Below are positions 41,163 to 50,838 of a DNA stretch of 64,000 bases, one piece after another (within the stretch, counting starts at the first letter, position 1; every line of letters starts with the position of its first letter). The stretch spans positions 64,001-128,000 of the forward strand of contig CAWJBB010000041.1 in assembly GCA_963840855.1 (NCBI GenBank), written 5' to 3'. The DNA comes from an uncultured delta proteobacterium. Lineage in GTDB: Bacteria > Desulfobacterota > Binatia > UBA9968. Position numbers and translations under genes: made by a program. The notes under the pieces are model-generated. The model had not been told where the DNA came from. It saw nothing but the letters and a program-made list of their open reading frames with translations, and made no database searches.

Positions 41163-42343
41163 CTAAGCCGCGTCTTCGCGGATGCGGTCCTTGGCTAAAA
41201 AAGTCTTGAAGGCAGGCCAGATATCTTCCTTGCGCTGGATCTGGACGGTCTGAAAATTGGGCTCGTGAATTTGCGAGAAGAACTGGATCAGGCTGCTGCC
41301 GTAATAGCCTTCGCCCAGGGGCTTGATTTCACCGTAGCCGAATAAATTAGCCACCTGCGCCAACTCGGTGGCGGACTTGAGCGCCGCCGGGTTGTCGGAA
41401 TCGAAATTATCGCCGTCCGAGCAATGAAACGCGTAGACGTTCCAAAGGGTTGGATGGTAGCGCTGGTTGATGATCTCCAGGGCCTTGACATAACCGGATG
41501 AAATAAATGTTCCACCGGACTCGCCTTTGTGAAAGAACTCCTCCTCGGTTACCTCCCGCGCCTCGGTGTGATGGGCGATGAAGACGATTTCGACGTTTTG
41601 GTAGCGAGTGCAGAGGAACCGATAAAGGATGAAGAAGAAACTCCGCGCCAGGTATTTCTTCATGGTATCCATGGAACCTGAAGTGTCCATAATGCAAAGC
41701 ACGACGGCATTAGATTCGCGGCGCGGCTCGACCACGGTGTGATGGTAGCGCAGATCGTCCTTGTGAAAGGGAAAGCGATTGCCTTCGGGTGCCGGGGGTT
41801 GGCGGTGCTGCGACGCCTTCTTGCGCCTGATACGCGAGAGAGCCGTGCGTTTCTTATCCAAGCGCACGCGGATGCCCTTGCGCCGAAAGCCTTTCTGCTT
41901 GAAGAGTTTTTCCACCTCCATCTGGCGCAGCCGCTTGCGGTCAATATCGGGCAATTCAAGATCCTCGAACATCACTTCGATGAGCTCATCGAGGGTAACT
42001 TCGGTTTCATAGTAGTCGGCGCCCGGACTGTCGCCGGCCTGCTGGCCCGCCGCTTTGTCTTTGCCTTTGCCGATGACCTGCCCGGCTGCGGTTGGCCGTC
42101 GCCGCCCTGGCCGACACCAGGCGCGTTTTCGCCGTAGACAAATCGGTATTCCTTCACGCCACGGATCGGCACCTTGACGATGTGGTCTTTATCCTTGCCG
42201 ATGATGGACTCTTCGGCGACGATGTCCGCGATGTTGTTGCGCACCGCTTCGCGGATTTTTTGGCGGTGGCGCAGCCGGTCGCTGGCGCTGCGGTCGCTGC
42301 GCTGTCCGGAAGAGGAATTATACGGACGAAAGATCGTGTCCAT
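41163..42343 (-). CDS. yeaH: YeaH/YhbH (DUF444) protein, frameshift near 42080
   Basis: N-part DRLRHRQKIRE..; C-part MDTSGSM, FIAHHTEA, SDGDN; split over two ORFs. Confidence 0.88.
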
Positions 42344-42391
42344 TTGATTCCTTCTAGCGATTCGTTTGAGTACGCGGCCCGCTGGCGCTAG

Positions 42392-44326
42392 CTAATCCTT
42401 CCACAGGTGGTTGGCCGCGTATTTGAGGACGACGTCCACGCAGGTCGCGCAATAGCCATTTTCCAAAAGATTTTTCACCATGGCGTTGTATTTTTCGGAT
42501 TGCTCCTCGTCGCGCATGCGCGATTTGGTAATCACCCGGCTTAGATCGCGCACCGAACTGATGAGCTTCTTCTCGATGGCCTCCTTAAGCGGCTCGTAGC
42601 TTCGGTAATCGATCTTTTCGCCGCGCCGGTTGGCCGCCCAGAGATATGCGATGACCTCCTGGCGGAAGCCATCCGCCGCGGAACCGATGATGGCGATCTG
42701 CTCTTCTATGGACTTCAGGAAACCTTCGTCGGGCGCCAATTCTTCCTTGGTATTGCGGTCTTTGACTTTGCTCTTATTGACATAGGCCTCGGCATGGTCG
42801 AGGTAGTTCTGGAAGAGCGATTCGGCCTGCTCCTGGTAGGAATAGACGAAGGCGCGCGTGATCTCTTTCTCCAATATCTCCAAATATTCCTTGTGCAAAG
42901 TATCCTGCAGAGATTCGAGATACTGTTTACGCGCATCGTCCGACAAATCGACCTCCTTGACCATGTTGATCAAGGCTTCGCGCACGTTGATGGGGTTGAT
43001 GCAATTGCCGCCGGCATTGTCGGATAACGCGTTGTCTAGGGCCTTCATGATGAAGCGCGTCGAAATGCCCGACATGCCTTCGCGTTTGGCGCCGTCGCGC
43101 AATTCTTGAATGTCTACTTTCTTGGTCCGGCCTTTTTCGATCACCTCTTCGCCGTTGTAGAGCTTGAGCTTGGTCATCAAATCGCACTTGTTGGTGGGCT
43201 CCAGGCGCGACAGGATGGCAAACATGGACGCAACCTCCAGCGTGTGCGGCGCGACATGCGCGCGGAAGTCAGAATTGCGGATGATCTTTTGATAGATTTT
43301 GACTTCTTCGGAAAGGCGCAAATTATACGGTACGCGAATCACCACGATGCGGTCCAAAATCGCCTCGTTGGTATGGTCGGATTTGAACTTCTGCCATTCG
43401 GCCTCGTTGGAATGGGCGACGATGACGGTGTCGACGTAGACCAAACCGTGGCGGCCCGGCGCTGGTACGACCTTTTCCTGGGTGGCGGTGATCATACAAT
43501 GCAGGTATTCGATCTCGTTTTTGAAGACTTCGATGAATTCGACGACGCCACGGTTGCCGACGTTCAGAGCGCCGTTTAACTCCAGAACCCGCGGATCGCC
43601 TTCGGAGTAAAGGTCCAGTTTCGAAATATCTTCGCTGCCGATGAGCACGGAAGTGTCCTGATTGTTGGGGTCCACCGGCGGGACTACACCGATGCCAACC
43701 CGTGCCCGCTTGGAAAATTCGACGGTGACGATGGGAAACTCTTCGTACTTGCCGTTGAATTCTTCTTTCAGGCGGAAGCGACACACTGGGCAGAGGTCGC
43801 CTTCGATATGCAGCCCCAGCATCTTCTCGAACTCTTTGCGCAGGTGGCGTGGAATCAGGTGCAGCGGCTCTTCAAACATCGGGCAGCCTTCGATCGTGTA
43901 GATCGGATCGGCCGCCTCCAAGCCGCGATGCACCTTCTCGGCTAGGGAGCTTTTGCCGGAGCCGACGGGGCCCATGAAATAGAGCACTTGCCGGCTCTCT
44001 TCGCCCTTCAAGGACGCGGCGTGAAAATAACGCACGATCTGCGAGACGGTCTTTTCGATGCCGAAAAATTCGTCGGCGAAGAAATCGAAGACCTTCAAGG
44101 TTTCGTCTTTATAGAGCCGCTTGACATGTGGATCGCCGCTTTCATGGATGTCGCGGCAGCCAGGTTTCATAATGATGTCATAAACCCGGGCGTGCGCCAG
44201 TTTGGTGATGGTCGGATCTTCCTTGATTTTTTCGATGTAGCCAAGTAGATTGCCGTGCCACGAACGAGCGTGGTGGCGGTCCCGATCCTGCCTGATCAGA
44301 GTTTCAAATTCCGTTGTGGTTGCCAT
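42392..44326 (-). CDS. prkA: PrkA/YeaG serine protein kinase (AAA+)
   Basis: GPVGSGKS, CPMFEEPL, HSNEAE, EGMSGISTRF; prkA-yeaH-spoVR order. Confidence 0.95.
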   Translation of the reverse strand: MATTTEFETLIRQDRDRHHARSWHGNLLGYIEKIKEDPTITKLAHARVYDIIMKPGCRDIHESGDPHVKRLYKDETLKVFDFFADEFFGIEKTVSQIVRYFHAASLKGEESRQVLYFMGPVGSGKSSLAEKVHRGLEAADPIYTIEGCPMFEEPLHLIPRHLRKEFEKMLGLHIEGDLCPVCRFRLKEEFNGKYEEFPIVTVEFSKRARVGIGVVPPVDPNNQDTSVLIGSEDISKLDLYSEGDPRVLELNGALNVGNRGVVEFIEVFKNEIEYLHCMITATQEKVVPAPGRHGLVYVDTVIVAHSNEAEWQKFKSDHTNEAILDRIVVIRVPYNLRLSEEVKIYQKIIRNSDFRAHVAPHTLEVASMFAILSRLEPTNKCDLMTKLKLYNGEEVIEKGRTKKVDIQELRDGAKREGMSGISTRFIMKALDNALSDNAGGNCINPINVREALINMVKEVDLSDDARKQYLESLQDTLHKEYLEILEKEITRAFVYSYQEQAESLFQNYLDHAEAYVNKSKVKDRNTKEELAPDEGFLKSIEEQIAIIGSAADGFRQEVIAYLWAANRRGEKIDYRSYEPLKEAIEKKLISSVRDLSRVITKSRMRDEEQSEKYNAMVKNLLENGYCATCVDVVLKYAANHLWKD

Positions 44327-44902
44327 TCCAGCCTTCCCCCTTTTGCGGAACCAAAATTTGACTGTGTGATATGTGATTGCTTAGCGGCGCAGACGGAGCT
44401 GCCCGGTAACGAATAACCGACGGGCGGCGCAAGGTGTTTGCTTCCGTGAGACTAAGAAGTGTGCTTGTTGGGATTTTTCGCATCACCTTCAAGCGAACAA
44501 AAGCTCAAGCAGGAGGCGCTGCGGAGACGCGCATGGACCGGTATCTGGCTGTTGATGAAGAGCGGCTCACATCGAACTCCTGATCGGTCATTGCTGTTAA
44601 CCAGCCAAGACTTTTCGCCTTTGAAATAAGACGCAGGCGACTAACGGTTTCTTCAATTATCAACATTGAAACTTTATTTTACACGAATGTCAACAAAATG
44701 TATATGCAAGGAGTATGCCGTGACAAACTGATCAATGATTTCACCGTCGGTGAGACACGTGCGTTCTGAATATCGATTTGCGCGCGCCATTTTTTTGACG
44801 CCCGTCAGAAAACCTCCGGATGGATAGGCCGAGTATTTCCCTTTCGAGTTACATTGCAAGGGATTCTTTGCTAAAGTCGGCGAGTACCTTTTCTTAGAAT
44901 TT

Positions 44903-45427
44903 ATGCGCGAAGTTGAAATTGAGATTGTACCTGGTGTTCGATGGTACGCCATACGGAGCAAGCCTAATCGCGAGAAAGAGGTTCAGAAACGGCTGAGCGA
45001 TCTCGGCGTCAAGGTGTTTCTGCCCTGGTTGCGCGCCCGGCGGCGGCGCCGCGGCCGTCGTCAGTGGGTTTTGGTTCCGCTTTTTCCCGGCTACCTGTTT
45101 TCCTGTCTGGACCTTGAGGTGTCCGGCAAGACGGTTCGGTACGTTCCCGGAGTGAAAGACTTTCTCAAGTTCGGCAGCCATGTGGCGGAAGTCTCCCAAG
45201 AGATCGTCGACGAACTACGTGAGCGCTGTCCGGGCGGAGTGGCAGAAATCGATCCATTTAAGATTAATCCCGGCGAAGTCGTTCGCATCCAAGAAGGCCC
45301 CTTTGCCGGCGTGGAGGCGATTTTCCAACGCGCATTGAAAGACAGCGAACGGGTTGCCGTCCTGCTGGAGATTCTCGGTCGCCAGACCAAACTCGAATTG
45401 CCAGCGGAGGCCATCGAAAAGCTGTAG
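44903..45427 (+). CDS. NusG-paralog antiterminator (RfaH/UpxY-like)
   Basis: WYAIRSKPNRE, PLFPGYLF, KOW VRIQEGPFAG. Confidence 0.88.
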   Translation: MREVEIEIVPGVRWYAIRSKPNREKEVQKRLSDLGVKVFLPWLRARRRRRGRRQWVLVPLFPGYLFSCLDLEVSGKTVRYVPGVKDFLKFGSHVAEVSQEIVDELRERCPGGVAEIDPFKINPGEVVRIQEGPFAGVEAIFQRALKDSERVAVLLEILGRQTKLELPAEAIEKL

Positions 45428-45657
45428 GGGCCGTTCCGCGACGCGCCTCCGGTCCTTAGAGACCGCGTCGCAATTAGCCATTCGCCCCATCCGTTTGTAG
45501 TGATCTGGTCGAACCATGGACGGAATTGCCACATAGTCTCTCAGATAAACTCGAAATCCCTGGGTATTTTTCGCCTACCTTGACAAGGTACATCGCGCCT
45601 TGATAGATGCCGAGAACCTCAACGCGGTCTCAAGCGCGGCCGCGCCGAAGGAAAATC

Positions 45658-48171
45658 ATGGGCAATCAATTATGGCAACGGCGCGCCTTGTTTGCGGTCT
45701 TTGGACTTTTATCCGCCGCCCTTGTTTTCACGACCCTGACCGCCTCGCTTAGCTGGATTAACCGGCCGTTCCCGGGATTCTTCGTTCATGAGAATCTCAC
45801 CGTCGGACCTTATTTTCTGCCGGGCTGGAGTGGTGGCGCGGCGGGCGTAAAATCCTTGGACCGCGTCGTAGCCGTAGACGGACGGGAGCTACAGTCGCGG
45901 CAAGATTTCTACGAAATTGTTAAAGGGCGCCCGGCCGGCGCTCAGTTTCGTTACCGGATCGTTCGCAATGGAGATGCCGTCGAAATGCCGGTTTCCTCCA
46001 TGACGTTTACGTTTCATGACTGGTTTCTGAGCTTCGGCGTTTATATCGTAATCGGTCTTGCCTTTCTTATGATCGGCGTGGCCCCTTACTATTTCGGCGC
46101 GCCATCGCCGGCCGCTTTGCCGCTCTGTTTCATGGTGGTGGCGGTGTTCCTGTGGTTTCTCAGCACCTTCGACTTCATGACTACCGGCGCACTGCCGAAA
46201 GAGGTTCGTGTCTTCGGCCTGACCTTCACGCCCGCCGCCGCAATTCACCTGGCCCTGCTTTTCAAAGGCGGCAAACCATTGTGGCGCACCCGGCCCGCGG
46301 CTTTGCTGGCAAACTACGGCTGCGCTTTGCTGCTCGGCGGGCTCATCAGCGCGACCTTTTTTGGGCCTTTCGAGCTCTGGGTAGTGGCGTTTCGACTCGG
46401 CTATCTTTACACCTTGGGCGGCGCATTTTTGTTTTTTGCAATCACCTGGCAGGCGTCGCGGGTGACGACGTCGGACTTAGAGCGCTCGCGACTTCGTGTC
46501 ATGTTAGTCGGCGCTTTTCTCGGCTTCGTCATACCCACTCTTAGCACGGTTCTGACCAGCACTTTCCAGTTGCCCATACCGTATAATCTGGCGTTGGTTC
46601 CAACGGTCTTTTTCCCCATCTCGGTTGCTTACGCACTGCTCAAATATAGCCTGTTTGACCTCGGCAATGTGCTGCGTGTTGGTTTGAGCCGGATGGCGTT
46701 AACCGCATTCTTACTGGCGATCTATTCTCTCCTGGCGCTCTTCGCGGGGCCCTGGGCAGGAATCTATGGATCGGATCCGTTGGTGCCGATCTTCTTTTCC
46801 GTGTTCGTCGTCTTATTGTTCAATCCATTGTTGCGCTGGATCGAAGGAAAGGTGGATCGCTACCTTTATCGGCAAGACTACGACCCGGCATTGGTGCAGC
46901 AGGAGATCAGCCTTTTTCTCCGATCCCTGGCCGATACCGCGCCGCTGGCAGCGGGTTTCTTACAAAGGGTCTCGGAGCGCATGGGGATTTCGTTGGTGGC
47001 GCTGGCGTATCGGCCCAAGAACGCCGCGGAATATTTGACCGCCGGCAGCGCTGCGCCGAACTCCGCTGCGGTAGCGATCACTGAGGGCGCAGTGGCGTTG
47101 TCTGCGTTATGGGGCCGGGATTCGTATCGGGGGGTCTTTCTAGACGAAGTGTCGGCCAATCCGCTTTACCGGGCAGAACGGGAAAACCTGCTGCGGCTGT
47201 TCAAAAATTGGCGTGCAGAGCTTATCTTGCCATTGGTTTTCGAGCGCGAGGTGCGCGGCTTCGTTTCCTTCGGCGCCAAGCGTGCCGCCAGGGAATACAG
47301 CGCCGAAGATCTGCGCTTGCTTGAAACCTTGACCGAGCAATTGGCACTGTCGTTGGAAAACGGCAAACTCTACGAGGAATCGGTAAATGCCTATAACGAA
47401 GCGGCGGCGCTGAACCGGCGTTTGATCGAGATGGACCGCGTCAAAAAACAGTTTGTCGCCAATATCTGCCATGAGCTGAGAACGCCGGTGAGCACGATCA
47501 TCGGCTACGGCGAGATTCTGCGCGACGAGAACTTCAAGGGCGATGCGCGCGGTATTTTGAACAGGCTTGTGAACAATGGCCAGGAGTTGTCCCAGTTGAT
47601 GGATGATCTCATGAATTTCTCGCGCGTGGAGACGGACGTCTCAGTGGCGCGCTTCGAACCGGTGAAATTGACGGAAATTATGGCCGGCCTGGAGATGATG
47701 ACCCGCAGACTGATTCGCGAACGGCCCATCGAATTCTGCCTCAACGTCGAATCGCCCGTAGTTACCATCGAGAGCGACGCGCAAAGGCTGCAGCAAATTC
47801 TCGTGCAGGTGCTAACCAACGCGCTCAAGTTTACGGAGAAAGGCAAGATCGAAATGACCCTGCGCGCTGCGGATGTGAGCGGCGGCAAATTTATCGAGAT
47901 CGCCGTCGCCGACACCGGCATCGGTATCAAACGAGAAGACCACGAACTGATCTTCGAAGACTTTCGCCAGCTCGACGGCTCCTCAAGCCGGACTTACGGC
48001 GGCACCGGGCTGGGCCTCGGTCTATGCCGCAGGCTCGCCACCGCGCTAGGCGGCACCATCAATCTCTCCAGTGAACTGGGAGTGGGCAGTGTTTTTAGTT
48101 TAGTTTTGCCGGTGAACTATTCCGCCGACGGCGCGGGCCCAACCGGACAGCGAATGGCTCCCGCACATTGA
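45658..48171 (+). CDS. PDZ/multi-TM/GAF sensor histidine kinase
   Basis: PDZ-like DRVVAVDG, about 8 TMs, GAF, HELRTP, NALKFT, DTGIG, GGTGLGL. Confidence 0.9.
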   Translation: MGNQLWQRRALFAVFGLLSAALVFTTLTASLSWINRPFPGFFVHENLTVGPYFLPGWSGGAAGVKSLDRVVAVDGRELQSRQDFYEIVKGRPAGAQFRYRIVRNGDAVEMPVSSMTFTFHDWFLSFGVYIVIGLAFLMIGVAPYYFGAPSPAALPLCFMVVAVFLWFLSTFDFMTTGALPKEVRVFGLTFTPAAAIHLALLFKGGKPLWRTRPAALLANYGCALLLGGLISATFFGPFELWVVAFRLGYLYTLGGAFLFFAITWQASRVTTSDLERSRLRVMLVGAFLGFVIPTLSTVLTSTFQLPIPYNLALVPTVFFPISVAYALLKYSLFDLGNVLRVGLSRMALTAFLLAIYSLLALFAGPWAGIYGSDPLVPIFFSVFVVLLFNPLLRWIEGKVDRYLYRQDYDPALVQQEISLFLRSLADTAPLAAGFLQRVSERMGISLVALAYRPKNAAEYLTAGSAAPNSAAVAITEGAVALSALWGRDSYRGVFLDEVSANPLYRAERENLLRLFKNWRAELILPLVFEREVRGFVSFGAKRAAREYSAEDLRLLETLTEQLALSLENGKLYEESVNAYNEAAALNRRLIEMDRVKKQFVANICHELRTPVSTIIGYGEILRDENFKGDARGILNRLVNNGQELSQLMDDLMNFSRVETDVSVARFEPVKLTEIMAGLEMMTRRLIRERPIEFCLNVESPVVTIESDAQRLQQILVQVLTNALKFTEKGKIEMTLRAADVSGGKFIEIAVADTGIGIKREDHELIFEDFRQLDGSSSRTYGGTGLGLGLCRRLATALGGTINLSSELGVGSVFSLVLPVNYSADGAGPTGQRMAPAH

Positions 48172-48235
48172 TTTTGCGCCCATACCGGCGCATGGTACGG
48201 TAATTCCCTCACAATAAAAGACCAGGAGGCGCGTC

Positions 48236-48958
48236 ATGCCTGAACTGCGGCGATTGGGAATTTTGGCTGAAGAACCGGCCAGGCTCGGAGAATTTTACCG
48301 CAACGTATTCGACCTCGAGAAGATCGGTGAAGAAAGCGGTCATGTGATTCTTTCCGATGGTATTTTCAATCTTGCCTTGTTATCTGCGCCCAAAGGATTG
48401 AAAACGGGTTTGCGCTACCTGGGATTTGCTGCCGCGCGGATGGAATCGATCAGCAAGAAACTCGAACACTGGGAAGGCGGAGCGATTACGGTCAACGAAT
48501 GCCCCGCGGTTGCGGAAATCGATCATGAGACGCGCGATCCGGACGGGAATATTATCGGGCTTAATCGGCGCGCCTTCGATACGGCTTACCAAAAGACGCC
48601 GGTGCCGATTCGCCACATCGCGCTGTACACGCCGAACCCACGATGCATGGCGGATTTCTATTGTTCCATCCTCGATATGCGGGAAGTGGAGCGCACCGAC
48701 CGCGGGTCGATTTTCGTAACCGACGGCTACATTAACGTTGCGTTGCTGTTTCAGAGAAAAGAAGAACCATTGGGGCTCAATCACTTCGGCTTTCACGTTA
48801 AAAGCAATGAGGATATGCGCCTGCGCGCGGAACGAGCTGGCGTTCGCCCCGGCGCCAAGCGCCCCGCGCGCATTCCATTCGCCGAGTACCGCGTCCACGA
48901 TCCGGAGGGCAATGGTTTCGATATTTCGGAAAAGGGCTTTCGGGTAGAGCCCAAGTAA
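48236..48958 (+). CDS. two-domain VOC/glyoxalase family protein
   Basis: RHIAL, FVTDG, GLNHFGF, DPEGNGFD. Confidence 0.85.
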   Translation: MPELRRLGILAEEPARLGEFYRNVFDLEKIGEESGHVILSDGIFNLALLSAPKGLKTGLRYLGFAAARMESISKKLEHWEGGAITVNECPAVAEIDHETRDPDGNIIGLNRRAFDTAYQKTPVPIRHIALYTPNPRCMADFYCSILDMREVERTDRGSIFVTDGYINVALLFQRKEEPLGLNHFGFHVKSNEDMRLRAERAGVRPGAKRPARIPFAEYRVHDPEGNGFDISEKGFRVEPK

Positions 48959-48971
48959 TGCGGGATTACGC

Positions 48972-49619
48972 ATGGAGAGCGCGGCGTTTTTGCAAGAGAT
49001 TCTGGTTCCGGTCCGGGAGTTTTGCCGGACTCTCGACGCGCATCCGCCGGCGTATAGCTATATTCCATTGCGCACGGATGAAGAGCGGATTCGCGTGATG
49101 CAAAGCCGGCTCTTCAACGAGTTGCGCGCCGCGGATTTGTTCGGCACCTGGCTGCGCACCACGCCGGAACTGGATGTCAAAGCGACGATGGCGGAATCGG
49201 CCCATGAGGAAATGGTGCACGCGCAACTGCTGAGCAAAAGAATTCGCGATCTGGGCGCCGAGCCGTTCGATTACCAGCCGCTGCCTGCCCAGACCGCCAT
49301 GTTCAACGCCATGGAAGGGCTCAACGAGACCTGCGAGCGCATCGCGGCGCTGTCCGTGGCGGGGGAAACCGTAGCCAACTATTTAATTCAAATGTGCCTC
49401 AAATCGGCGGATGTGCCGGAATGGATCAAGCAGCCCTATCGTAGGATCACCGAAGACGAAGAAGGCCACGGCAGCGCCCCGCAAGAGTTCCTTAAACGCT
49501 ATGCCACGAGCGACCAGCGCCAGGATCGAGTTCGCCGCGCCGTCGCCATGCGCATGGTGCTTTTCCGCGAATATCTTGCCAGTCTGGACCGATGGGCCAT
49601 GGGCAAGGATCGCTGGTAG
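48972..49619 (+). CDS. ferritin-like diiron domain protein
   Basis: NE..A, EEMVH, GE, DEEGH ligand pattern. Confidence 0.75.
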   Translation: MESAAFLQEILVPVREFCRTLDAHPPAYSYIPLRTDEERIRVMQSRLFNELRAADLFGTWLRTTPELDVKATMAESAHEEMVHAQLLSKRIRDLGAEPFDYQPLPAQTAMFNAMEGLNETCERIAALSVAGETVANYLIQMCLKSADVPEWIKQPYRRITEDEEGHGSAPQEFLKRYATSDQRQDRVRRAVAMRMVLFREYLASLDRWAMGKDRW

Positions 49620-49632
49620 TTTTCTTCGCTTC

Positions 49633-49737
49633 GCTCCAACGGCTTGTACGATTTAAACTGCTGGAAATGTTTGAACGGATTGCTATGCTTTAACCGTTAC
49701 ACTTTGAACGGGCGTGGGCCTTGAACGTTTTGAACCT
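49633..49737 (+). repeat. degenerate TTGAAC periodic repeat
   Basis: ggcttgtac gatttaaac tgctggaaa tgtttgaac ... ccttgaac gttttgaac. Confidence 0.6.
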
Positions 49738-49761
49738 CAACATTTATTTAAGGAGGGCTAT

Positions 49762-50697
49762 ATGAAACTGCTGTATTTCGATGATTTCAAACTAGGTGTG
49801 CTAAAGGGCGATACTGTGGTGGACGTGTCGCAGGCGGTAAGCGACATCCCGCACACCGGGCCGCATAACTTGATCAGTGGACTGATCGAGCGTTTCGGGG
49901 ATTACCGCGGCGCCCTCGAGCGGGCCGCTGCCACCGGCACAGGAACGCCGCTCGACAAGGTGCGGATCAGGCCGCCGTTACCCAAGCCGGTCAATATCGA
50001 CTGCATGGCGGTGAACTACATGGAGGACGGCACGCGCAAGGAGCCGGCGCCGATCAACGCGTTCCACAAGTCGCCAGGCTGTGTTATCGGCGACGGCGAC
50101 ACCATGGTACTGCCCGATGTGCCCGCCACCATCTTCGAGGGTGAAGCGGAGTTGGCGCTGGTGATCGGCAAGCGCGCCGCCAACGTGCCCGCTGCTAGTG
50201 CGATGGAATATGTCTTTGGCTACGTGAACTTCATCGATGGATCGGCGCGCGGTCTGCCGCCCGCCGGCAACACGTTCTATCAGATGAAGTCGCGCGACAG
50301 CTTCGGGCCCATGGGCCCATTTCTCGTCACGGCCGACGAGATAAAGGACCCGCACAACCTCCAGGTCAGATTGTGGAATAACGGCACGCTGATGCAGAAC
50401 TACAACACCAGCGACATGGCGCATAAGATTCCCCGCTGCATCGAATGGGTTAGCTCGATCCATCCGCTTGAGCCGGGTGATGTCCTGGCGCTGGGAACCA
50501 ATCACCGCGGCCTAAACCCGTTCCAGGACGGCGACTTGATCGAGATCGAAACCGAGCCGCTGGGCCGGTTGCACTTTAAGATCCGTGACGATCTCAAGCG
50601 TACCTGGGCGAGGGAGACGCGGCTGCAACGGCATGAGAAGGGGCTGGAAGCGCACACCCCACAGCTCACCGGTAAGTACGCCAAGGCGAATCCTTAG
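49762..50697 (+). CDS. fumarylacetoacetate hydrolase family protein
   Basis: FEGEAELALVIG, DGSAR, KSRDSFGPMGP, PGDV. Confidence 0.9.
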   Translation: MKLLYFDDFKLGVLKGDTVVDVSQAVSDIPHTGPHNLISGLIERFGDYRGALERAAATGTGTPLDKVRIRPPLPKPVNIDCMAVNYMEDGTRKEPAPINAFHKSPGCVIGDGDTMVLPDVPATIFEGEAELALVIGKRAANVPAASAMEYVFGYVNFIDGSARGLPPAGNTFYQMKSRDSFGPMGPFLVTADEIKDPHNLQVRLWNNGTLMQNYNTSDMAHKIPRCIEWVSSIHPLEPGDVLALGTNHRGLNPFQDGDLIEIETEPLGRLHFKIRDDLKRTWARETRLQRHEKGLEAHTPQLTGKYAKANP

Positions 50698-50838
50698 AAA
50701 CCGTGGGGCTCAAAGGCAGTATCTGTCATTCATTTGGATACACAATTGGATATACTATGACCGTTATTCGTGCGGCGGGGCTGAATACCGACGCTGACAG
50801 CCCATGAGCAAGCGCGGCGGCACAAAAGAGGAGATCCA

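Noticed and set aside
44593-44608. Possible sigma54 promoter (GG-N10-GC) upstream of prkA
   Set aside because: Only the minimal dinucleotides match; too weak to call
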